Below, piece after piece: positions 9,053 through 20,319 of a stretch of DNA of 33,163 nt. This DNA comes from Saprolegnia diclina VS20 (Eukaryota), in NCBI RefSeq assembly GCF_000281045.1, contig NW_008246113.1, positions 419,953 through 453,115 on the forward strand, written 5' to 3'. Under the pieces are notes generated by a model. It saw only the letters and a program-made list of their open reading frames with translations, was not told where the DNA came from and did not search any database. The position numbers and the translations under genes were made by a program. The number at the start of each line of letters is the position of its first letter. The stretch's first letter is position 1.

Positions 9053-10556
9053 GCCGGACTGGGCTGTTGCGATCTTTGCGAAATGGCAAGATTTGTCGGT
9101 TACAAGACCCGCAACACGGGACTTTGATGGCCATTCTTCCGTCCTGTCCAGAGAGAAGAAGCAAATAGCAGCGTGTGGCTAGTTCGTACGCATCGGTGGC
9201 AGCGGAACATTTGCTGACAGAGATAGTTTCGATCCTGAGAAGCTGCACTTGCCACCTCATGCATTCTAAAATGCAGCAAATACATCAAATATACGCTCGG
9301 CCTACCGTAAACGAGCTCGACGAAGGGAGCTCACGGAGAGAATTCAGGTCGAATTCCCTTGCTTGCTTTGCGCTCGGCATTGTAACGATGGCCTTGGTGA
9401 GACGCATGCTCTTGCGAGTGGTCGCTCGACAGCGAATCTTTGGACCGTCAAGCGAGATTGCTCGTCGTGGGTTCTACCAAGGGCGAATAAAAAATGCTTT
9501 GATTCGATCGAGCTGCTTGCAGTGATGGGGCCGTGCAACCAGCGCTGCATTGGCTCGAGCAGAAATTCACCACCTGAAAATTCCAAAGTATCAACGTAGC
9601 AACTGTCGGTAACAAGAGCCATAATACGGTGGTAAGCTTGAAAACGACACGGTGACTTCCCGACACACGAGCACTCGCAAGACGACCCGCTGCGTTTATA
9701 CCTGGAGCGCAATGTGGCATCAGATGGACGCGAGGACTTAAAGCTTCTCCCCATCACCCTTTGGACGAGCACCTTGAACGTCGACGGACACGAGCTTTTT
9801 GGACCGGTAAAAAGTCGTACTTCAAGGAGGCTTTCTACTTCAAGGAAGAACGTCATGCACTTGTGGTGACGTCGGTGGGATCTGCAGAGTTCTCCAAGCC
9901 GACGCGCCGCCGTGTCGGTTAAAAGAACCTGTCTACGGTACAAAACCCACCCAACCACGCTTCGAATCCGGATAGTACTCGCGAGAGTTGTCAAAAGCTC
10001 GGAAGTACAATGTGATCCGATACCGAGTACGTGAGCTCGCTATTGTCCTCGCCGTGTGGTTCTTGCTGCGCTGTGGCTAGCGTTGGCGAACGAGCGCCTT
10101 TGCACTGTCGTGTGGCCGATGTTGCAGCTCTGTGCCTGGCGTCTTGTTCGAGGCGCACATTGTTGGGATGATGGGCGGGCAAGCAAAGTACCCACGCGTC
10201 TGATGCTTCGAACGTCCCTTGGTTCAACAAGTAGCTCAGATATCATTCGCATTTTCTGTTTATGTGAGCCATCGAACGCTCCATGAATATCTCCGTGAGC
10301 CATTCGTCGTGAGACGGGAGAAGCGAGCGCGCCGCCGCCATGTCGGCCTCACCTCTCTGTCTCGCCTTGTCTGCATGATAGTGCAATATCAAGTGCAAAC
10401 TCGGCCGGTTATGGTTGAAAAGGCAAAAAGGGCGATGTCGTCTTATTAAATATGAAGCGGTAGTTTGAGGTACTGTATAGATATAGGCGCGTGCTGAGTC
10501 GATGGTCCATCGGCTCTTCTATCGATCGATGATAATGGTACGAGCACGCTCAGTTC

Positions 10557-10898
10557 TTAGCAGCTCGTGCGACTTGCGTCGACATATGGGCGCGATCGGG
10601 CGGTAATGTCGGACGACGTCGAGTGGCGCCGCGCGCGCATCTTGCGCATGGTCTCGAGGTGGTGGCGGAACGTGTCGAGGGCTTCCGTGGCACGCTCGGG
10701 TTCGGCTGCAAAGTCGACCTCTTTGAGGTCTTGCAGAAGATGGTGCATGGCTTCGTCGACAATGGTGTTACGTCGCCGGCCGTCGCTCGAGCCGCTGCTG
10801 CTGCTGCGCGACGAGCTCGTCGAGGACGAGCTTCCGATCGTGATTGCATGCGGTGCCTTGATGCGAACTTGGTGCGCAGCGATGGTCGTGACGGGCAT
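10557..10898 (-). CDS. Small hypothetical protein (113 aa, Ser-rich tract followed by a helical segment)
   Basis: MPVTTIAAHQVRIK...; codon usage matches the neighbouring genes; INR/FPR-like CCACTTTTGATTTGC lies about 30 nt upstream. No recognisable domain. Confidence 0.6.
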   Translation of the reverse strand: MPVTTIAAHQVRIKAPHAITIGSSSSTSSSRSSSSGSSDGRRRNTIVDEAMHHLLQDLKEVDFAAEPERATEALDTFRHHLETMRKMRARRHSTSSDITARSRPYVDASRTSC

Positions 10899-10928
10899 GG
10901 TGAGGCGGGTGGTTGGTGCGGGCGAGTC

Positions 10929-10943
10929 GCAAATCAAAAGTGG
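10929..10943 (-). promoter_or_regulatory. Oomycete INR/FPR-like core promoter
   Basis: Minus strand CCACTTTTGATTTGC resembles YCAYTYY + WTTTNC, 30 nt upstream of the ATG at 10898. Confidence 0.45.
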
Positions 10944-12388
10944 CGTTGTGACCATCGTGCGTAATAAGTACAGTCGAGTGCCAACGGTCTCGTTCACGGT
11001 CAAATGAAGTCTGGTGCAAGGCCCGCAATTTCCCGGTCTCAAAAACACGGTATTTGGCCAAAGACACGGTCGGTACGCCCGACCATCGGTGCGACATGTG
11101 CGATTGAACCTGCTGCGTCAGCGGCCTTGGATTGGCCAATGTTATGATGGGCGAGCAAGTGATTGGCCGTTACAAAGCGCTCGGAGCCGTCCGTTTTTAT
11201 TCCACATGCGCTAAATCGTATGATTGGATACATGGATCGCACAGAGCCACGCCCGCATCGATGCCCAGCTGCACCCGCGTCCTGTATCAGCCGTCGACCA
11301 CCCATGCAACTCGACTCGATGCCTCGACAAAGCGAGACGCTCACTACTGTACTGAACGCGTGCGGTAGAGGATCGGTAGATCTCGCCTCATCTAATACCA
11401 TTCGCACATATTTGGCGGCCAGTGACACACCAAATGTCGTTTACTGGTCAGTGGACGCGGCGTGGGACAAGCGATGCAGTAACCGGCGACGATCCATCGA
11501 CGGATTGCCCGCCGCCATCCTAGTTCATTTACGCGACGGCGAATTATGCGATGCATGGACAGGGCGGGCGTGTCGAACGGCCGCTGAACGGTGGCGAAGG
11601 ACCATCAACGAAGCGCCGCGAGGAGCGTTACGACGCAGGTCATCAGACCACGAGTGAGTGCCGTTGCGTCAACCGAACCTGGATGGCGAAGTCCCGAGTC
11701 TTCGTTGTTGCTTGTTCTTATACTACGAGTCCTTGCTACAGCTACTTGCTTGATGCAAGCTACTGGGACGAGAGGCGATGCCAAGAGGTGCGACAACATC
11801 AAGAATGTGGTGTCGTTTACTGCCAGCACAAACCTTGAGCGTACATGGCCCAGACGCTCGGCGATTCCATGCGACGCCGCCACAACGACCCACACACGAC
11901 GCTTGGCCGCTCGTCGAAGCGTTCGACGCGCAGTAGACAGACGACCACGTTTGGCAGGGTCTGGCGACACACCCAAGGCAAGTAGCTTCAAGGAAGACAT
12001 GTTACGAGCTCGCTTGACGCTTCAAGTATGTAGCAGTAGTACTCACACCAACAACGACCCGCTGGGTTGCAGACCAGGCAAGCACACCCAAACGAACCTG
12101 GGAGGCCGCGGTCTGTCACGCCATGACGTGGCGCCACCTGCACCCAGATGGGCAATCTGTAACGGTTGTCCAATGTGTAAAGTTCGACGGCGCCGGCCCG
12201 CGCGGCCAGACAACGGGCAGGTAGCAAAACCTGGCACGCTTGCGCATTGGCACGTACGGCTGTCGCGGCTGTCCTGGAGTGAGCCGCGGACCGCCGTACG
12301 ATGCAATTCCTACGCGACACTGCCTCATCCGCATTTGGTGTTAACGACAAGCAACACAGAGTCTATTAGATAAAGAACGATACGGCGG

Positions 12389-13264
12389 CTATTCGTCGTC
12401 GTCGAGGCCGAGAAAGGCAGCGACGAGCTCGCGGAGACAGTCGACATACATGGTCCAGACGCCCTTGGACTCGCGATGGCCTTGGCATGCGCGCACGAGC
12501 TGGTAGCCGGCGACACAGGGCAGCCCGAGCCCGACGACGGCGAGCAAGACGACAACTTCCAGCGCGACGACGCCTGTCACGACGGCGCCGTGGGCGACGG
12601 CACCAAGCAGCGAGCGCTGGCCGTGCTTGGACCACGGGCGGCCGGACGCCCAATCAAACTCAAAGTGGCATTGGCTGCATGCAACGTGGTTGCAGCCACC
12701 GTTCTTCTCGATCGTGAAGCGGCAGTTGGGGCACTGCTGGGATTTCGTGGCCTTGACCCACTTTTTGTAGAGCTTGTCGTTGCACGTCGCGCGCGGTAGA
12801 CGATGGTAGTCGTCGCCGCATCGGAGACACGACCGCTTCTGGCACACGTTGCAGTCGACGCGGCGCTTGAAGAAGAGGCTTTCTTTGGTTTGGACTGGGA
12901 TTGGCGCACCGCAGTTTGTGCGCGGGCAAAAGAGGCCGCCGCGCGCGCGGTGCTCGGAGCTCGCAAAGAAGGTTTGAAACTTGCGCAGCGTCTCGGGCGG
13001 GAGGTGGAACTCGAGGTCGTTCATCGTGACTGCGACGCCACACGCCTCGCCGGGACACACGAGGTGCGACGGCAGCACGAGGCCGTCGTTGATTTTTGTT
13101 ACCAAGTACGTTTGGTAGCATTGCATGCAAAAGGCGCTCGAGCATTCGCGGCACTGTACAAAGCCTTCGACGTTGTCGTAGCGGCTCGTGTCGCTGCAGA
13201 TAACGCACTCGAGGAGCGCGGTAGAGGAGGAAAAGGCCGACGCGGACGAGAGCGGACTCGACAT
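12389..13264 (-). CDS. Divergent RBR E3 ubiquitin ligase, about 291 aa
   Basis: From MSSPLSS: CVICSD..QCRECSSAFCMQC..LVCPGEAC, FCPRTNC..CNVC..CLRC..H, CPNCRFTIEKNGGCNHVACSQC, hydrophobic tail VVTGVVALEVVVLLAVVGLGLPCVAGY. Confidence 0.9.
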   Translation of the reverse strand: MSSPLSSASAFSSSTALLECVICSDTSRYDNVEGFVQCRECSSAFCMQCYQTYLVTKINDGLVLPSHLVCPGEACGVAVTMNDLEFHLPPETLRKFQTFFASSEHRARGGLFCPRTNCGAPIPVQTKESLFFKRRVDCNVCQKRSCLRCGDDYHRLPRATCNDKLYKKWVKATKSQQCPNCRFTIEKNGGCNHVACSQCHFEFDWASGRPWSKHGQRSLLGAVAHGAVVTGVVALEVVVLLAVVGLGLPCVAGYQLVRACQGHRESKGVWTMYVDCLRELVAAFLGLDDDE

Positions 13265-14819
13265 GATGATGAAAATGGAGTGGAGATGGACCTGCGAGGC
13301 AAGGTAAGTGTTGAAGTGATCTTGTAGCAAGACGCGCTGCGGCGCGCAAAGACAATCATTAACTGCGCGCACTTGGATTCAGCATACTATTGTCGATTCG
13401 CTAGCGTGTTTTTACAAAATGTGTGAAAATTTCAACGAATTGTACGGTACGAGGTAGCGACGCCAATTTTTGTGACTGTGAAAAGCGATACGTCGCTTGT
13501 GAGTTATGACGAGCTTTACGAACGCACACTCAAGTAGCAAACACGGGATGGGCAGATGGGTTGGAACAAGAGGGAGCGGGACGAGCTCGCTGGACCGCTC
13601 GTGCACGCATCACGGCGGCGACAGATGTTTCACGCGGACAGGCCGAGGTTCGTTGAAGTGCGGCACCCGCGTCGCGCCGAGGACGCAGGGACATGCACAA
13701 TGGCAAAGGCGTTGACACGACACGGCGGTAGCAAGCCATCGAGATTTGCTCAATGTAAGGAGGCAGCGCGGTTGGTAGTCGGCAAAAATGTCATCTTTGA
13801 ATTTTCAAAAATCAAAAATATCACCTCGTGTCCGCAATTCTAGTGCGGCTTGTAGACATTGATTTACCCGTGAAATAGCAGTGTAGGTCGATTCAACGGG
13901 ATGCCTTTTGGTGAATTGCACAGTCAAGTGGCCTTGTGGGCATATATTTCACTTCAAAAATGACATTTTTTTGGCGGGCGGTAGGGTAGGGTGCTCGCTC
14001 ACACTGAGGCATCGTCCGGCCGGACCAGCGGCTTCACGACGATCGCAGCCGACGCGTGGAAATGGCGACGTACAGCAGGCAAGTGCTTTGAGCAAGCAAC
14101 ATTTCTCGTGGCATATGATGTGTCGATGGTCGATGGTTGAGGTTGTTGTTGTTGAAGTGGGGGTCGTCTATTGAAATACGTAAATCTACGCCAAATAAAA
14201 TTGTCGGACTTTCTTCGTTGTGTAGGCGCTGGTGTTGTTAATCTTGATCTAGGCCGGCGGAGGCAGTTGCGCGATCCGCGGGACAAGGTGCTGGCGCGAT
14301 CACTCGTGTTGAGCGAGGAGTTGGAGAAGGCGACGGAGAGCCATCTGCCCTGGGTTTTGAACGAGGCTGTGGTGCAAGTGCATTTGAGCGACACGCGCCG
14401 CTTTGACGGCAATCGTCCATGGGCTTGGCAGTGGGAGGTCGGCGCGAAAGACGCGATCGTGCCGGACGCGCCATGATGGTCGTCGTTGCCATCGCGCCTT
14501 GTGATCTAACCACATCCATGATTCATCATGAACCATCAACGCAGCTAAAATCGCTCTACGGCGCCGTTGTGCCTCGTCCAAGTGCTGAGAAAACTCGCTC
14601 GAGTGCCACCGTTCAGCACAACACAAGTGGCCGCACCGGTCGCATGACCTACCCATCGTGCGTGCGTCTTTGTCAGTCTCTCGACCACGCTGGATTAGTC
14701 GGCGAGCAAAATGACCTATTGCCCTTCCCTAGTGGGATCCTCGACATGCAGTGGATAACCCACTGCAACAGCGATGGCACCAGGAAGATGATACAGATAA
14801 CGAGTTGGTTAGCGACTTC

Positions 14820-15815
14820 TTAGACGAAGTAGCCAATCGCAGCCATAATGGCCGAGCCAATGTAAAAACACACATAGATCGCCGTGCGCCGTGGCGTCGA
14901 CTTGGCGTGGAAGTCGGCGTTGATCGTATACTGGTACGTCACGAGCTCAACGAGGCCCGTGTAGACGAGGATACCGCCGGCGATGGCCTCCAAGACACCG
15001 CTGACCCACAGCGCGGTGGTCGAGGTCGGGCTGTACGAATCACTAACAAGAATGCCAATGACAATACCAATCGGAGTCGTAATCGAAAAAAGAAACGCTG
15101 TGCGCAGCGCGGCTTTCAAGCCCGAGAACGCCGAGACCGACGACGTGCCAACGGCGACGCCTTCAAAGAACTGATGGCACGAGAGCGCAATCCAAAGCGT
15201 TAGGAACGTGTCGCCGTCGGCGACGCCGAGCTCGAGGCCAATGAGCACCGAGTGAATCGCGACGCCGACTTCAAAGATGATTGTCGTGATCTTCCGCCGC
15301 AAGATCGTTTGGGCCAATGTCGCTGTCGCTGGCACGCGCGTCATGCGGCGCATCTCGAGTGGCGACTCGGCGTCGTCGTAGTGGTCGTCCTTGGCCAGCA
15401 TCGCGGGCGGCTCGTCAAAGATCGTCATCTCGGACGGCGATGGCCGCGACATGGCAATCACGAGCTCGGTCTCGAGCACTTGCATGATGTAGACCGTGGC
15501 GAGCACGATGACCATGGCAAGGCCCGTGTACGGCAAGTCGAGGCACGGGCTGTCGAGGTTGCGCATCGCGGGTGGGATCATGTGGACAAACGCTGTTGAG
15601 ACGACGACGCCAAAGCCGAGTGCATTGAAGCACTCCATGACCTTGCGGCTGTTGCGGAGGCAAGCGAGGTATGATGAGAGCACGGGCAGCATGCTTCCGG
15701 CCAGCGAGCACAAGAAGATGACGGGCACGGACGCGATCTCGACCGCGAGGTCGTCGTCGCTCGAGCCGTCGCGGACGCCGCCGCAGGTAAAATTGACGGT
15801 CACGGTCGTCGCCAT
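14820..15815 (-). CDS. ZIP family (ZRT/IRT-like) zinc/iron permease, 331 aa
   Basis: GFGVVVSTAFVHMIP, FEVGVAIHSVLIG, HQFFEG, TTPIGIVIG and AGGILVYTGLVEL motifs; multiple TM segments. Likely start is MATTVTVNF at 15815. Confidence 0.95.
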   Translation of the reverse strand: MATTVTVNFTCGGVRDGSSDDDLAVEIASVPVIFLCSLAGSMLPVLSSYLACLRNSRKVMECFNALGFGVVVSTAFVHMIPPAMRNLDSPCLDLPYTGLAMVIVLATVYIMQVLETELVIAMSRPSPSEMTIFDEPPAMLAKDDHYDDAESPLEMRRMTRVPATATLAQTILRRKITTIIFEVGVAIHSVLIGLELGVADGDTFLTLWIALSCHQFFEGVAVGTSSVSAFSGLKAALRTAFLFSITTPIGIVIGILVSDSYSPTSTTALWVSGVLEAIAGGILVYTGLVELVTYQYTINADFHAKSTPRRTAIYVCFYIGSAIMAAIGYFV

Positions 15816-17087
15816 GTTGCAAGTTGCAGAGTGCAGCCACGCAGGCGCGCGACGCCGGGCGTGAGGCCAGTCGCGCAATGGCCCGATCCGGACAGGCGTC
15901 AACTTGGCCGGCCACCAGATTAGAGCCGCGGGCCCGGAATCAGCATCGATTTGACCTCTTTCCTTTGAGCAGCATACTTTAACCAAGACAAAATCAGCAA
16001 TCATATGGTCGAGAATGGGTCGACAACTGGCGACGGTGCGAATAAGCTGCTATCGACGGCTACACGCCGTTTGTACGGCATCACTCGATACTTCGAGCCA
16101 TTGAGTTGGTGTGCTGCCAGCGAGGGCGTCCTCGGAGCGTCCTACACCGGCGCAGCGACGTTGGTCCCAAAGGCTTGCGGCCCGTTCATTCCTGAAGTAC
16201 GAAGTTTGGATTTGGGCTCACTTTTGCTTCGAACTTCGACCAGGCGGTGCGGTCGGCAAGGTATTGGCGCGAGTTCCGAACGCAAGGAACGACCGATCCT
16301 GCAGCTAGGCGTCGCCATGCAATCTCGTCGGCCTCGCTTTCTTGGTCTCAGGCGCGTCGGATCAGACGCTGACGCACTGCGTTATGTCGACGACGTTGCC
16401 GTTGCTTGATGCCATTTTCGATCGAGATTGCCCTTCAACCGGGAAGAAGCCGACGCGGTCTGAGCTACGCGTTTGCTCGCGAACGAAGCGCCTCGAGAAG
16501 CAAGCGAACGTCACGCTCCACCCGTGAGCAAATGCATCGCAGGAGGCTGTCGGCACGGGCGTGATTCGTATTGGTCGGAGAAGGCAGAGAGGTCGACGAT
16601 TCATTTTGATGTCATCAGGTACCGTCGCCACTGTGGCACGTATCCGTTAGTCGAGTAAGACATGCGTTCTAGCAGGTGCTCTAGTCGCACTGTTATGGGA
16701 CTCGTCACCTGTCCACAAGTCCACACACCCGAGCCAAGACCGACAAGTATGGAAGGTGCACGGCCACGGGTAAGCAGTGTCAGCAGCCAACACTGGTACC
16801 TCGGCAAGCACAGGTACTGCTCGACCGCGTGTATCGTTCGTTCGCCGCCAAGCCAGCCAGAGCCACTAGCACGAGTCTTGTTATGGCCGTGAGCACCGTT
16901 GTCCTTTCCGCCTCAACCGATTTTGTAGGCCCCCCTACGTTAAAGTCGAATTTTATTTATATTCATCCCGCCTCGACACTTGTTTTTGTATTCCATTAAA
17001 GTGTTGCCATTAAATAATATAATGACCACCCCTGGTGGAGTGATAGGCATCACGAGTGGCAGCTGTTGGAGTCGGGCACAGAACACG

Positions 17088-19045
17088 ATGGTCGGCCTCC
17101 AGCACGCTAGCGCGATCGCGCTCCTCGCCTCGACGGCCTTGGGCGACTCGCTGCGCCAGGTCGCAGTCGTCTCCCGCCATGGCGTGCGCGGCCCGTATGG
17201 CCCCGACGGCCTCCCGCCGACGCTCGCCAACCTGCAGCGCTACTCCAAGAACGCATTCCCGTTCCTGGTCTCGGCTAAGGACTGGGGCACGTCGCAGAAC
17301 GCGTCCGAGCTCGTCTCGCCCAAGCTCACGGCGCATGGCCGCAGCGCGATTCAAAAGATGGGCGAGGTCCGCTACATGCAACGGTTTGATGCGATGCTGA
17401 CGACGGGCTGCTGCGTAGTACTTTGGCGCCCACTTGTACCCGTCGCTGGCGCAGCCGTCGACGTGCCACGCCACGTTTGCCTACGCCGACGACAACGAGC
17501 GTGACATTGTAGATCCATGCACCATGGTCTGGACGATGGCTCATGCAACTATACGGCGTAGGACACGGCGCAGGCGTTCCTGGACGGCTTTCTTCCATCG
17601 GCGTGCGCCACTGTCAAGCCCGACACGAATGGCTCGCGCCTTCTCTTTGAACAAGGCCAAGACCCGACGGCCGTGTGTCCTGCCACGTCACAGACGTGTA
17701 CGCCTTCTGTGTGTTGTATCAAGTTGATACGGACGCAATCTGGAATTAGTGTACAAGGGCATTGTCGGCAATGCGACCGCCGACAACATTGTGCGGCACT
17801 TGGTGCCCGAGATCCAAGCACTCAATGACATTGTCGACTGCTGCCAGCCCGACGTGTGCGCGGTGGCGTCAGCGCGGGCGCTCTTGGCCGGTCCGCCGAC
17901 GACGTGTACGCTTCTCACGGTGCCGTCGACCTGGGTAAAGACATTATGTCCACGAATGAGAGCTCATAGCAACCATAGAGTGGCAAGTTTTACGAGCCGT
18001 GGTCCGACGCGTTCTCGGAGGCGCAGTACCTCTCCGAGTGGTTTCTCCTCCAGAGTTTGAACAACATGCCGCTGCCGCCCAACAAGACGCTCGACGAAAT
18101 GGTCGCATTGGGCCAAGTGCACAACGTACTGTCGATTAATGTGGACAGATTGTCGTATATCATTTGGACATAGGCGCACATGCAGCTGGTGACCAACCCG
18201 TTCAACGCCGAGAACTTTGGCAGCACGCTCCTCGTGCACTTGGTCGCGAGCATGGAAGAGGCGATCACGGGTGTCGCGGTGCCCATCGCGCCAGGACCGG
18301 GCCCGCACCTGCTCCACGACGTCGCGTCGCAGTTTTTGTTGTACGCGGGCCACGACATCAACTTGCTCTACCTCAAGAACCTCCTCCGGTACAATCCAAA
18401 TCTGTGTTTCGGAAACTAATCTGGGACTCCACTAAAGCATGGAGTGGGCTACGAACGACTGGAACGTGAACCAGCCCAACCCCGGCAGTATGCTCTTGTT
18501 TGAAGTCCACGCCGACGCCAACAAGTCGGCGAGTACGTCCGAAGCAGATTTTTACGTGCAAGCGTACTTTGTCGCGGCCTCTCCGCAGCAAATCCGGGGT
18601 GCTGAGACGCTGTCGCCAATTAACGTACGACGACCTCCTTGCCTATGTCTTATTGGTCTTATTGGCTGCGATCTAGCCGCCGAACCGCGTGCCCGTGAGC
18701 ATTCCGCAGTGCTCAGAAGATGTTCTTTTGACCAATGGCGACGTCCAAGTGCAATGTCGCTTTAAAGACTTCAAAGCGGTACGTCAACCTTGCGGCATCG
18801 ACACACAGCTTCAATGCATGTAGACGGTCGGAAAGGCCATTCGCCACGCGTGTGTGAGCCCGAGCCTCCAAGCCTACGCGTCGACACTGCGGCACGAAGC
18901 CAACTCGATGCGCTTTGCATGGTCCATGGAAACGGTCGCCTTGGTGCTCCTCTCGGGCATCTTGCTCATCGTGACGTTCCGCTACATCCGCCTTGCGCGT
19001 GCCCATGCGTCGGCCGAGTACGGCAAGTACGCGCCCATTGTCTAG
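17088..19045 (+). CDS. Histidine acid phosphatase (AppA/Agp phytase-like), signal peptide + C-terminal TM, 9 exons, 520 aa
   Basis: SRHGVRGP and AGHDINL catalytic motifs. GT-AG introns at 17367-17418, 17509-17561, 17698-17749, 17935-17978, 18126-18173, 18389-18437, 18625-18676 and 18779-18823 give one continuous 1563-nt frame ending in TM + GKYAPIV*. Confidence 0.92.
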
Positions 19046-19611
19046 TCGGTCAAGGGTCCAACATGCGATCGTCCTCAACGGTCCTTGACGTTGCTGGTAA
19101 CCCTAACCGCGATAAGAATGAACTGGACACTATACGAGTGATCAACAGGATGCGACGAAGCAGGCGAATCATCGCAGGAGGAGGTCGCGTCGGGTCATGC
19201 TGTCGTTGTGGTCATTGCGTGGGTGTATCGAGAGGCTGTGAGGCGATGCTGTATCTGTGCACTGGCACTGGTCAGGGCGTGTAGGAGCTGTTGAAAAGCT
19301 TTGTGTGAGGTACCAAGGGTATGTGAGGACTCAAGCGCGCTTGACGAAGCGGTCGGTGCTGTGACGCCACCGCGCGCCAAGGCGTAAACGTCTTTGCCTC
19401 CATCGTTTGTCTTATGGCAGTATGACGCTCTCGCCGCATCAGCGAATAGCAGCGGATGAGAATGCAACAAGAACCGTCGACGCGCCGTCTCGACCAACCC
19501 GTTTGCATTGGCGAGCGCTCGAAAGTGTGTAGTCTTTTCTACGCTTTCGATCGATAAATGAAAGTGATATACTTCTGTAGATTCTAACAACTAGTGGGTG
19601 GTTCTCTATGT

Positions 19612-20319
19612 TTATGCGTGGAGACCGGTGATCTTGTCGGTGGTCTGACGGCACATGGGGCACGTATTGTGCGTATAGAGCCACTCGTTGACGCAGTCGC
19701 GGTGGAAGCAGTGGCCGCAAGGGAGCTGCACGACCTTGCCGAGCTCATCAAACTCATCACGACTGTACTCGTAGGTGCAAATCGCGCACGTATCGAGCAT
19801 TTGGTCGGTCGTCGCTTGCTGGAAACGAATGTCGCGGAGGCTCACGGGCACATCGAGGAACGTGTCGAGGAGTGCCATGAGCGTGGCGTGGGCGTCGCTC
19901 CGCGCGGTCGCTGGGTACAGGTAGCACAACGACCGGCAGTCGAGCGCGAGCCAGAGGTACTTTTTCAAAATCAGACTGCGCTTGCGCATCGTAGAGGCGC
20001 CGTACTTGTCGAGCACGAGCTTGGTGGGCAGCGACCCGCGCAGCAACGTCTTGGCGAGAAGTGAAAGCGAGGCGTCGTCGCACGCTACTAGGAACGCTTC
20101 GACCGTCTCGCGGAAGCCATAGAACGACGAGCAGCGCTTCTCAACGACCCAGCTGCGCTGCGTGATCGGGCACGTGACCTGGATCGAGTACTTGGTAAAG
20201 GCAAACGACCGGCGAATCTCGATCGCGCTCTCGCACGTCGCTCGGTCGTACGCGCCTTGGTCGCGCGGAAACGCCGACGAGGACGACGGAAGCAAGGACA
20301 GCGGGCGGTCGGCGAGCAT
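19612..20319 (-). CDS. PX-like domain + C-terminal RING-H2 E3 ligase, about 235 aa
   Basis: FTKYSIQVTCPITQRSWVVEKRCSSFYGFRE (PX-like N-terminus) and CAIC...LPCGHCFHRDCVNEWLYTHNTCPMC (C3H2C3 RING). Confidence 0.88.
   Translation of the reverse strand: MLADRPLSLLPSSSSAFPRDQGAYDRATCESAIEIRRSFAFTKYSIQVTCPITQRSWVVEKRCSSFYGFRETVEAFLVACDDASLSLLAKTLLRGSLPTKLVLDKYGASTMRKRSLILKKYLWLALDCRSLCYLYPATARSDAHATLMALLDTFLDVPVSLRDIRFQQATTDQMLDTCAICTYEYSRDEFDELGKVVQLPCGHCFHRDCVNEWLYTHNTCPMCRQTTDKITGLHA

Noticed and set aside
9175..10449. Several 70-216 aa ORFs and a TACTTCAAGGA duplication
   Set aside because: No coherent frame, codon bias or domain; cannot be supported as a gene.
10500..10512. CGATGG-T-CCATCG palindrome
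   Set aside because: 6-bp arms are expected by chance several times in a window this size.
13999..14519. Possible small spliced minus-strand gene (MATTTIMARP...)
   Set aside because: Low-complexity translation and no convincing splice pair or homology.
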